From contig JBBSQE010000001.1 of assembly GCA_038258095.1 (NCBI GenBank), positions 1 to 54,733 on the forward strand: a DNA stretch of 54,733 nt. Direction: 5' to 3'. Under the pieces are notes generated by a model. The model saw only the letters and a program-made list of their open reading frames with translations. It did not search any database and had not been told where the DNA came from. The translations under genes and the position numbers were made by a program. The DNA is from Solirubrobacterales bacterium. Its GTDB lineage: Bacteria > Actinomycetota > Thermoleophilia > Solirubrobacterales > 70-9. Shown here piece by piece: positions 7,815 through 15,803 of the stretch; positions within the stretch are counted from its first letter, which is position 1, and the number at the start of each line of letters is the position of its first letter.

Positions 7815-10800
7815 TCACGCAGCCATCGCGCCGGAGCCGAGGAGACCATCGAGCTCGGCGCGCAGCCCGCTCGAGGGCCGCACCCTGTACTCGCTGCCGA
7901 ACTTCAGGGTCCGCATCCCCTCCCGGGTCTGCATCTTCAGGAGAACCTCGGAGTCCCCCGGGAACTGGTCGAACAGGGCCTTCAGCTCCTCGACGAGCGT
8001 GGGCGGGAAGTCGGCGGCGTCGACCTGCAGGGTCAGGGGACCGGTCGGGCGCGCGGCCCGTGCCGTGGCGCGGGCGATCTCCTCGGAGCCGGGCTCGAAG
8101 CGCTCGGCCTCTTGGACAACCATCTTCGTCTCCCCCGCCTCCTTGTGGTCGATCCGGCCGCGCACGACGACGATCGCGTCGGGTGCGATGACCTGGGCCG
8201 ACTCGGCCTCGTCGGCCTTGAAGACGAGCACCTCGATCTGGCCCTCGACGTCGTCGATCGTCGCGAACATCATCTGCGAGCCGCTCTTGGTCCGGATCTT
8301 CTTGCACTCGGTGACGATCCCGCCGACCGTGACCCACGAGCCGTCCTTCATCTTCGCCGTATCGGAGATGCGGCAGTCGACTCGGGCGCGCAGGGCGTCG
8401 CGCACCTCCGTCAGGGGGTGTGAGGAGAGGTAGGTGCCCAGGGTCTCCTTCTCGAGCGCGAGGAGCTCGCGCTTCTCGAACTCGGTCGCGGAGATCGGCG
8501 GACGGTGAACCGACGCCTGCGCGCCGGCGGCTGACTGGAGGTCGCCGAAGTCGAAGATCGACCCCTGGCCCATCAGCGCATCCTCCTGGACCTTCTGGCC
8601 CGCCGACTGAGCCGAGGGCAGGATCTCGAGCATCCCCTTCCGGGTCGCCCCGGTTGAGTCCAGAGCCCCGCACTTGATCAGGCACTCGATCGCGCGCTTG
8701 TTGACGCACCGGGAGTCGACGCGTTCGCAGAAGTTCCAGATCGACTCGAAGGGCTTCTCCTCGCGAGCGGCGAGAATTCCCTCGACGGCCGAGTGCCCGA
8801 CGTTCTTGACCGCGTCGAGGCCGAAGCGGATCGCCGACTCGAAGACGACGAAGCTGTGGTCGGAGATGTTGACGTCGGGTGGTAGGACGTCGATCCCCAT
8901 CTCCTCGCAGCGGTTGACGAAGAACGGGACCTTGTCCTTGGTGTTCATGACCGAGGAGATCACCGCGGCCATGTACTCGGCGGGATAGTTGGCCTTCAGA
9001 TAGGCGGTGCGATAGGAGATCAGCCCGTAGCAGGCCGCGTGGGACTTGTTAAAGCTGTAGTCAGCCGCTGCCTCGTTCAGCTTCCACAGATCAGCAGCTA
9101 CCTTCGGTGCCGTGTCGGAGGCTGCGAGACCCTCCATGAACTTGTCCTTCATGGTCGCCATCAGCTCGCGCTTCTTCTTGCCGATCGCCTTGCGCAGGTC
9201 GTCGGCCTGGGCGCCGGAGAAGCCCGCCATCGTGCGGGCGATGTGCATCAGCTGCTCCTGGTAGATGACGCAGCCGTGGGTCTCCTCGGTGATCGCGCGC
9301 AGGCGCGGGTCGGGATAGCGGACCGTCGAGGGGTCCTTCTTGCCCTTCGCGTAGGCCGGAATGTAGGCCATTGCGCCGGGCCGGTAGAGGGCGCCGAGCG
9401 CGACGATGTCGGCGAACTCGGTTGGGCCGACCTTGCGAAGCGCGTCCCGCATCCCCTCCGACTCGAACTGGAAGACGCCGGTCGAGTCCCCGTCGGCGAG
9501 CATCGCGAAGGTCTTCGCGTCGTCGATCGGGATCTTCTCCATGTCGATTCGCTCTCCTCGCGAGCGCTCGATGATGTCGATTGCGTCCTCGATGACATCG
9601 AGGTTCCGCAGGCCGAGGAAGTCCATCTTCAGGAGACCGATCTCCTCGACCGGGCCCATCGAGTACTGGGTCACGATCTTGTACTGGCGCTCGGGCTTGC
9701 CGCCGTTTCCGTTCGGGACCGTCGGAGCGCTGCGGTCCTCGGCGAGCTGTAGGGGCACGAACTCCTGGAGGGGTCGATCGGCGATGACGACAGCGGCCGC
9801 GTGGATCGAGTTGTTGCGGATGATCCCCTCGAGGCCCTGCGCGACGTCCACGATCTTCTTCGCGTCCGCATCGGTGTCGTAGACCTTCTTCAGCTCCTGG
9901 CCCTTCTTCAGGCAGTCCTTGAACTTGGGGCTGCGGCCCATGATCGGCTCCGGGATAAGCTTCGCGAGCCGGTCCCCCGTCCCGTAGTCGTAGCCCAGCA
10001 CGCGGGCGGCGTCGCGGGTCGCGGCGCGCGGGGCCATCTTGCCGAAGGTGATGATCTGGGCGACGGACTCGCGACCATACTTCTCGCCGACGTAGCGGAT
10101 CATCCGCTCGCGGCCGCGGACGGAGAAGTCAATGTCGATGTCGGGCATCGACTTGCGGCCGGGGTTTAAGAAGCGCTCGAAGAGAAGGTCGTTGGCCAGC
10201 GGGTCGAGGTCGGTGATATTGAGGCAGTAGGCGACGATCGAGCCGGCGGCGGAGCCGCGGCCGGGCCCGACGGCGATCCCGTTCGACTTCGCGTAGGAGA
10301 CGAAGTCCCAGACGATCAGGAAGTAGGAGGAAAAGCCCATCTCCTCGACCACGCCGAGCTCGAAGTCCATCCGCTCGCGGGCCTCGGCCGGGACGGGATC
10401 CCCGTAGCGGGCCTTCAGGCCCTCGTCGGCGAGGCGGCGCAGCATCTTCCGCGGTTCTGAGCCATCGGGAGTCGGGAACTCCGGCAGGAGCAGGGAGCCG
10501 AGCTCGATCTCGACGTTGCAGCGCTCAGCGATTTCGAGCGAGGTGGGCACGGCCTCGGGCCACTCAGCGAAGGACTCCGTCATCTCCTCCGGGGACTTGA
10601 GATAGAACTCGTTCGTGTCGAAGGTGAGCTTCGGCTCCTCGAGTGTCGACTTCGTCTGGACGCAGAGAAGCGCCGAGTGGTTCTGGTAGTCGTCCCGGGT
10701 CAGGTAGTGGACGTCGGCCGTCCCGACGACCGGGCGGCCGAGCTCCTTCGCGCAGCGGACGATTCCCTCGTTGGCCTTGTCCTGGTCTGAGATGCCGTTC

Positions 10801-11333
10801 TTCTGGACCTCGAAATAGACGTCGTCACGCCCGAAGACCTCGATCAGGTCATCGATGTGGGCGCGGGCATCGTCCGGCCGGTCTTCGACGAGGCGCCGGC
10901 AGAAGCGCGACTGTAGGCAGCCGGTAAGTGCGATGACACCTTCGGAGTGGCGCGAGAGCATCTCCATGTCGACGTTGGCCTTGCCGCGGGAGAACCCCTC
11001 GAGGAACCCGGCGGAAGTCAGCTTGACGAGATTCGAGAACCCGACATCCGAGGAGGCGAGGAGCGTCAGGTGGTTGCGCTCCACCTTCGCGAGCTTGGCG
11101 GCCTTCACGTCATCGACGAAGTAGGCCTCGAGCCCCATGATCGGTTTGATCCCGACCGAGTTGCAGGCCTTGTAGAGATCGACGGCGCCGTTCATGACGC
11201 CGTGATCGGTCAGCCCGAGGGCCGGCATCCCGAGCTCGGCGGCCCGTTCGGCCATCGCTTCGATCTTGCATGCGCCATCCAGCAGCGAGTACTCGCTATG
11301 GGCGTGGAGGTGGACTGCGGCGGGGGTGCTCAC
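7815..11333 (-). CDS. dnaE: DNA polymerase III alpha subunit
   Basis: 1172 aa. N-terminal PHP domain (HLHAHSEYSLLDGA), polymerase core (GRKSMPDIDIDF) and a C-terminal OB-fold region. GTG start at 11331-11333. Confidence 0.96.
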   Translation of the reverse strand: MSTPAAVHLHAHSEYSLLDGACKIEAMAERAAELGMPALGLTDHGVMNGAVDLYKACNSVGIKPIMGLEAYFVDDVKAAKLAKVERNHLTLLASSDVGFSNLVKLTSAGFLEGFSRGKANVDMEMLSRHSEGVIALTGCLQSRFCRRLVEDRPDDARAHIDDLIEVFGRDDVYFEVQKNGISDQDKANEGIVRCAKELGRPVVGTADVHYLTRDDYQNHSALLCVQTKSTLEEPKLTFDTNEFYLKSPEEMTESFAEWPEAVPTSLEIAERCNVEIELGSLLLPEFPTPDGSEPRKMLRRLADEGLKARYGDPVPAEARERMDFELGVVEEMGFSSYFLIVWDFVSYAKSNGIAVGPGRGSAAGSIVAYCLNITDLDPLANDLLFERFLNPGRKSMPDIDIDFSVRGRERMIRYVGEKYGRESVAQIITFGKMAPRAATRDAARVLGYDYGTGDRLAKLIPEPIMGRSPKFKDCLKKGQELKKVYDTDADAKKIVDVAQGLEGIIRNNSIHAAAVVIADRPLQEFVPLQLAEDRSAPTVPNGNGGKPERQYKIVTQYSMGPVEEIGLLKMDFLGLRNLDVIEDAIDIIERSRGERIDMEKIPIDDAKTFAMLADGDSTGVFQFESEGMRDALRKVGPTEFADIVALGALYRPGAMAYIPAYAKGKKDPSTVRYPDPRLRAITEETHGCVIYQEQLMHIARTMAGFSGAQADDLRKAIGKKKRELMATMKDKFMEGLAASDTAPKVAADLWKLNEAAADYSFNKSHAACYGLISYRTAYLKANYPAEYMAAVISSVMNTKDKVPFFVNRCEEMGIDVLPPDVNISDHSFVVFESAIRFGLDAVKNVGHSAVEGILAAREEKPFESIWNFCERVDSRCVNKRAIECLIKCGALDSTGATRKGMLEILPSAQSAGQKVQEDALMGQGSIFDFGDLQSAAGAQASVHRPPISATEFEKRELLALEKETLGTYLSSHPLTEVRDALRARVDCRISDTAKMKDGSWVTVGGIVTECKKIRTKSGSQMMFATIDDVEGQIEVLVFKADEAESAQVIAPDAIVVVRGRIDHKEAGETKMVVQEAERFEPGSEEIARATARAARPTGPLTLQVDAADFPPTLVEELKALFDQFPGDSEVLLKMQTREGMRTLKFGSEYRVRPSSGLRAELDGLLGSGAMAA

Positions 11334-11443
11334 TCAGTTTTCGATCATGCCAAGCCGACCAGATGGCACCGGCCGCCCTAATGCGCGTGTTCCGTGATTC
11401 TTCGGGGCGTCACCGGCGCGGATTTCACCCTACGATCGTGCCG

Positions 11444-11893
11444 ATGATCTACCTCCTGCGCCACGGAACCGCCGAGGACGGTGAGGGCAAGGACGACGCC
11501 GACCGGGAGCTGACCGGAAAGGGGCGTGATCAGTCGGTCGCGGCGGGCCGGGCGATGAAGGCACTCGGCTTCGAGATCGGGGCGTGCCTGTCGAGCCCGA
11601 AGGTCCGCGCCGCCGACACCGCGCGGCTGGCCTGCGAAGCCCTCGAACTGGAGGTGGAGCTGACCGAGGACCTCCGTGGCGGCCCCTTCGACCCGCTCGC
11701 GCTCGCCTCAGGTCGCGGCGACGTCCTTCTCGTCGGCCACGAGCCGGATTTCTCGAACGCTGTGGCCCGGGTGACCGGGTCGCAGTTCAAATTGAAGAAG
11801 GGCGGCCTCGTGGCGATCGACGGGTGGCTGGTGCACCTCCTGCTGCGGCCGGCCGAGTTGCGGGCGATCGCCGGCGGTGCTGCCGCCATATAG
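11444..11893 (+). CDS. sixA: Histidine phosphatase superfamily protein, SixA-like
   Basis: ORF trimmed to the ATG at 11444 (MIYLLRHGTAE...). Has the RHG catalytic motif and VGHEP. At 149 aa it is SixA-sized. Confidence 0.65.
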   Translation: MIYLLRHGTAEDGEGKDDADRELTGKGRDQSVAAGRAMKALGFEIGACLSSPKVRAADTARLACEALELEVELTEDLRGGPFDPLALASGRGDVLLVGHEPDFSNAVARVTGSQFKLKKGGLVAIDGWLVHLLLRPAELRAIAGGAAAI

Positions 11894-11992
11894 CGCGTGG
11901 AGCGTGGTGTGGGCAAAATGGACCAAATCCACGCCCGAGAACGTGCCCGCAGAAGAAGTCGGCGAACGCTGGGCGGGCCGGCCCGGTGAACC

Positions 11993-13039
11993 TCAGCCGC
12001 AGACCCAAGGACTTGACCCTGAGTCGGCGTAGATCAGCGCCGCGATGCGGTCCTGCTCGGCCTTCGAGGCATCCTGGGGCAGGCCCTGCCCGCCGTAGGC
12101 CTCCCAGGTCGAGGGAAGTATCTGGTAGGCGCCGCCGGCGCCGCTCGAGGGATTCACCGCGTGGTAGTTGCCGCCCGACTCACACATCACGATGTAGGTG
12201 GGGATCGAGTACGGACCGCCGAAGAATGCGTCAACCTCCTGCTGGGCGGAGGCCTCGTCCGCCGCGTCCGCCGCGGCCCGCTTCGCAGCCGCCGCCTTCG
12301 CCGCAGCGATGTCGTCGACCCAGCCGCCGATCGACGTTTGCAGGGTCGAGATCTGGTCGGCGCTCTCGGCGGAGACCGCTGCGAGGTTGGCCGCCTCGGC
12401 GTCGGCGTCGCCGCGGACCGTGGCGATCTCCGACCGGGCGCCCTCGAGCCGCGCGTTGTGGGCGCGGGCGCGGTCGCGCAGCTTCGTCGTCTGTGTGAGC
12501 GTCGCCTTCACCTGGTTGCCGACCTCCTCGACGCGGAAGGCCAGGGCGTTATCGGCGTCCTGGATCGCGGCCACATAGTCCGTGCGGGTGAGGAGGTCCT
12601 CGAAGTCCGACGAGCCGAGCGCCAAACTCGCCGCGTCGGGCTCGCCAGTCTTGTAGATCGCGACGAGACGGGCGGCCAGAGCATCGCGGGCGCGGGCAAG
12701 GCGGGCTCGCTCGCGCTTCAGGCGCCGCTCTGATGCCTCGACCTCGTCGCTCAGCTTCGCGGCACGCTCGCGGCCGCTGACGAGCAGGCCGCTCAGGCGT
12801 TTCTCCTTGGAGGCAGCAGCAGCAGCCCGGGCCTGCGTCTCGAACATCTGCGACTTGGTCGCCTGGATATCGGCGGCGAGACTCTGCGCCTGCGCCTTGG
12901 CGGCATCGACCTTCGTCTGTAGAGAGCCGACGCTCGCCCCCTGGGTGATCGCCGGGGCGAGAGTGCAGACGAAAGTAACCGCGAGTGCGGCTCCCAACTT
13001 GGTTCGCCGGGCTCTGGGGCTACTCGTGCTTGCGGGCAA
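11993..13039 (-). CDS. Secreted coiled-coil protein with C-terminal Rpf-like transglycosylase domain
   Basis: Signal-peptide-like N-terminus (RRTKLGAALAVTFVCTLAPAITQGAS). About 230 aa of Ala/Gln/Arg-rich coiled coil. C-terminus MCESGGNYHAVNPSSGAGGAYQILPSTWEAYGG matches the transglycosylase-like (Rpf) domain pattern. TTG start. Confidence 0.7.
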   Translation of the reverse strand: MPASTSSPRARRTKLGAALAVTFVCTLAPAITQGASVGSLQTKVDAAKAQAQSLAADIQATKSQMFETQARAAAAASKEKRLSGLLVSGRERAAKLSDEVEASERRLKRERARLARARDALAARLVAIYKTGEPDAASLALGSSDFEDLLTRTDYVAAIQDADNALAFRVEEVGNQVKATLTQTTKLRDRARAHNARLEGARSEIATVRGDADAEAANLAAVSAESADQISTLQTSIGGWVDDIAAAKAAAAKRAAADAADEASAQQEVDAFFGGPYSIPTYIVMCESGGNYHAVNPSSGAGGAYQILPSTWEAYGGQGLPQDASKAEQDRIAALIYADSGSSPWVCG

Positions 13040-13090
13040 GCGCCGCAGGCTAGACCAGTTTGTGAGGAAACGCTAATAGGTTGACGATAA

Positions 13091-13110
13091 GCCGCAACGG
13101 ATCTTGCGGC
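13091..13110 (-). terminator. Hairpin downstream of the argG/small-ORF unit (weak intrinsic terminator)
   Basis: GCCGCAA-CGGATC-TTGCGGC: 7-bp stem, 6-nt loop, 6 nt after the small-ORF stop. The minus-strand tail UUAUCGUCAA is only a weak U-tract. Confidence 0.35.
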
Positions 13111-13116
13111 GCGAGG

Positions 13117-13272
13117 TCAACCCTCCTCGACCTGCCGCGCGGCGACGTAGACCCCGATTCCGATAGCCACGACCGCGACTCCGGCGCGCAGAGTCAATTT
13201 GCGCCCTGACGGACGATTGATCAAGATCGCCGCGATCTTCACGACTGCTTTTCCGATCAGCTTGTAGATCAT
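13117..13272 (-). CDS. 51-aa putative membrane protein, not in the supplied ORF track
   Basis: ATG at 13270-13272, only 2 nt after the argG stop (13275-13277). Translation MIYKLIGKAVVKIAAILINRPSGRKLTLRAGVAVVAIGIGVYVAARQVEEG has two hydrophobic helices and GC-rich third positions. Confidence 0.45.
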   Translation of the reverse strand: MIYKLIGKAVVKIAAILINRPSGRKLTLRAGVAVVAIGIGVYVAARQVEEG

Positions 13273-13274
13273 CT

Positions 13275-14546
13275 CTACTCCTCTTTCCCGCGATTGCGGA
13301 TCCTATGCGCGAGCCGGCTCTGAAGCGAGAACAGCTCGATGAAGCCCGGACTCGCGTTCTGGGAGAACTCGCCGCCAGACTCGCCGAAGCTCGCCAGGTT
13401 CTTGTCGTAGACCGCATACGGCGAGGATCGGGAAACGGGAGTCACGGAGCCCTTGTAGAGCTTCACGCCGACCTCGCCGGTCACGTAGCGGTTCGCCGAC
13501 TCCATGTAGGCGTCGAGGTCTTCGCGCAGCGGCTCGTGCCAGAGGCCCGCGTAGGTGAGATACGCCCAGTGGCGCTCGAGGGCGTGCTTGAAGTTGTTCT
13601 GGTGGATCGTCGAGACGAGCTTCTCTAGCTCGGCGCGGGCGGCGAGGATGATCGTCGCCGCCGGCACCTCGTAGATGTCACGCACCTTGAGCCCGACGAT
13701 CCGGTCCTCCATGTGGTCGACGATGCCGACGCCGTGGCGACAGCCGATCTCGGCCACGCTGTGGATCAGCTCGACCAGGCCGAGCTCTTCACCTTCGAGC
13801 GAGACCGGCCTACCCGCCTCGAAGCTGATCGTCAGGACCTGGGGCTCATCCGGTGCGCGCTCGGGCGGGGTGACGAGCTGGAACACCTCGATATCAGGTG
13901 CTTGGTCGAGGTTCTCGATCTCACGGCCCTCCGACGAGCGGCCCCAGAGGTTGTCGTCGATCGAGTACGGCGCGGCCGAGACGCCGCCCTTGATCGGGAT
14001 CTCGTGGTCGCGGGCATAGGCGATCTCCTCCTCGCGGCCCATCTGCCACTCGCGCACCGGCGCGATCAGCTTGATCGAGGGATCGAGCGTCGCCGCGGTC
14101 GCCTCGAGACGGACCTGGTCATTGCCCTTGCCGGTGCAGCCGTGGGCGATGGTGTCGCACCCGGTGCGTTGGGCGTGCTCGACGCCCAGCTTCGCGATCA
14201 GTGGGCGCCCGAGGGCGGTGAAGAGCGGGTAGCCCCCGCCGTAGAGGGCGTTGGCGCGGATCGCCGGCAGCACGTAGTCCTCGGCGAACTCCTCACGGGC
14301 ATCGAGGACGATCGAGTCGACGGCGCCCAGATCGGCTGCCTTGCGGGTGATCGCCTCGTAGTCCTCTCCCGGCTGGCCGAGATTGACCGTCAGCGTCACC
14401 ACTTCGGCGTCGTACGTCTTCTGGATCCAGTGCAACATGACGCTCGTGTCGAGGCCGCCTGAGTAGAGGAGGAGCACCCGCTTTACCTCCTCAGGACGGG
14501 CGAGATAGGAGGCGATCGGAACCGGGCTCTCGGGCGTTTTGGTCAT
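13275..14546 (-). CDS. argG: Argininosuccinate synthase
   Basis: ORF 13275..15083 trimmed to the ATG at 14544-14546 (MTKTPESPV...). PP-loop LLYSGGLDTSV and conserved AHGCTGKGNDQVR block. Confidence 0.94.
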   Translation of the reverse strand: MTKTPESPVPIASYLARPEEVKRVLLLYSGGLDTSVMLHWIQKTYDAEVVTLTVNLGQPGEDYEAITRKAADLGAVDSIVLDAREEFAEDYVLPAIRANALYGGGYPLFTALGRPLIAKLGVEHAQRTGCDTIAHGCTGKGNDQVRLEATAATLDPSIKLIAPVREWQMGREEEIAYARDHEIPIKGGVSAAPYSIDDNLWGRSSEGREIENLDQAPDIEVFQLVTPPERAPDEPQVLTISFEAGRPVSLEGEELGLVELIHSVAEIGCRHGVGIVDHMEDRIVGLKVRDIYEVPAATIILAARAELEKLVSTIHQNNFKHALERHWAYLTYAGLWHEPLREDLDAYMESANRYVTGEVGVKLYKGSVTPVSRSSPYAVYDKNLASFGESGGEFSQNASPGFIELFSLQSRLAHRIRNRGKEE

Positions 14547-14633
14547 CGCGCGGCGAAGCATCGCAGGCGGGCGGCGCATGCGCCGCGAGGCTTCCCGGAG
14601 CCGGTCGCCTCGCGCGGTGTCAGACTTCCATCG

Positions 14634-15323
14634 ATGCGGCACTTCGCCCGGATCCTCTCCGTCGTCCTGATCACCGCCGGCCTCGTGGTGCTGGTGGACG
14701 TCGGCATGACTCTCGCCTACCGCGAGCCCGTCTCCTCGATCTACGGATCGCTGAAGCAGCACGCCGCCTCGAATGAGCTCGACAAGCTCGAGGCGAACTA
14801 TCCGAAGCCCGCGGATGAGCGGGCGACTCGCGGCGTCACCAACGTGCGCAAGCGCGTCGCGATCCTCGCCAAGCGGTTCGCAGCAACGCTCGAGGAAGGA
14901 CAGCCGATCGGCCGCATCAAGGCACCCGACATGGACGGTCTCGAGGCGGTCGTCGTCCAGGGGACCGATACGTCGTCTCTCCAGAAGGGCCCTGGTCATT
15001 ACCCGGACACCGATCTGCCCGGCCAGGACGGGACCGTCGGGATCGCCGGGCACCGCACCACGTACCTCGCACCCTTCCGCCACATCGACTCAATGAAGAC
15101 GGGCGACTTGATCACGGTCGAGATGCCCTACGCCACCTTCGTCTATGCGGTGGAGAAGACCTCGATAGTCGACCCATCCGCCGTCGAGGTCGTGGACGAC
15201 GTCGGCTACCCGCGCCTGGTCCTGAGCGCCTGCAACCCGCTCTACTCGGCCGATGAGCGCTTCATCGTGTTCGCCCGGCTACGGACCACGACCCTCACGC
15301 CTGCCGCAGCGCCGAAGGGCTGA
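14634..15323 (+). CDS. Sortase (class E-like)
   Basis: N-terminal TM anchor (ILSVVLITAGLVVLV). Catalytic His (GIAGHRTTY), Cys (LVLSACNP) and Arg (RFIVFARL) in sortase order and spacing. Confidence 0.82.
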   Translation: MRHFARILSVVLITAGLVVLVDVGMTLAYREPVSSIYGSLKQHAASNELDKLEANYPKPADERATRGVTNVRKRVAILAKRFAATLEEGQPIGRIKAPDMDGLEAVVVQGTDTSSLQKGPGHYPDTDLPGQDGTVGIAGHRTTYLAPFRHIDSMKTGDLITVEMPYATFVYAVEKTSIVDPSAVEVVDDVGYPRLVLSACNPLYSADERFIVFARLRTTTLTPAAAPKG

Positions 15324-15342
15324 GGCCGGCTCCGGCCGGGAA

Positions 15343-15798
15343 TCAGCCCGGACCGACCCCGCCGCCGCCCGAACCGCCTCCGCCGCCGGGTCCCACTCCG
15401 CCGCCTCCGCCCCCTCCTGGCGTGGTCGGAACGGTCGTCGGTGTGGTCGGAACGGTCGTCGGAGTGGTCGGCACCGTCGTCGGAGTCGACCCCGTGGTGG
15501 TCGGCGACGTAGCCGTCGTGTCGGTGCTCCCGGTCGTGTCAGTAGATCCGGTGGTGGTCGGCTTGGTTGTCGGTGCTGTGGTTGTCGCCGGGACGGTGGT
15601 CGAGGTCGTCGGAGACTTGTCGTCGCCACCCGAGGCGATTACGACAACGGCGAGGATCAGACCGATCACGACAGCGACGAGACCCGCAATGAGCAGTCGC
15701 AGGCGCCGCTGCTCGGGAGTCGGGCCATCCGGCGGAGGGGCGCCGCCCCCGCGAGGGCGATCGCTCGTGCGCATGATCCGTGTCGGGTCCTCGTTCAT
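15343..15798 (-). CDS. Single-pass membrane protein with Thr/Pro-rich mucin-like ectodomain and poly-Gly tail
   Basis: ATG at 15796-15798 with GAGGT 9 nt upstream. TM segment LLIAGLVAVVIGLILAVVVIA, then about 70 aa of T/P repeats and a C-terminal GGGGGGGVGPGGGGGSGGGGVGPG. Confidence 0.6.
   Translation of the reverse strand: MNEDPTRIMRTSDRPRGGGAPPPDGPTPEQRRLRLLIAGLVAVVIGLILAVVVIASGGDDKSPTTSTTVPATTTAPTTKPTTTGSTDTTGSTDTTATSPTTTGSTPTTVPTTPTTVPTTPTTVPTTPGGGGGGGVGPGGGGGSGGGGVGPG
15422..15484 (-). repeat. 3 x 21-bp in-frame tandem repeat encoding (PTTVPTT)n
   Basis: Units gtggtcggaacggtcgtcggt / gtggtcggaacggtcgtcgga / gtggtcggcaccgtcgtcgga read directly from the sequence. Confidence 0.9.
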
Positions 15799-15803
15799 CA
15801 GAT

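Noticed and set aside
14571-14586. The 16-bp palindrome upstream of argG, considered as an ArgR operator (ARG box).
   Set aside because: ARG boxes are AT-rich (TNTGAAT...ATTCANW-like). This palindrome is almost pure G/C, so an ArgR assignment is unsupported. It is kept only as a generic operator candidate.
13275-15083. Long N-terminal extensions in the ORF track. Examples: argG to 15083, gltX to 1900, asnB from 23854, GT4 to 33074, FkbM to 35973, argJ to 43386, wecB from 52373, and the deacetylase-like gene to 7033.
   Set aside because: The extensions overlap neighbouring real genes, have shadow-ORF composition, and precede internal starts that give canonical family N-termini, often with ATGA or GTGA coupling to the upstream stop.
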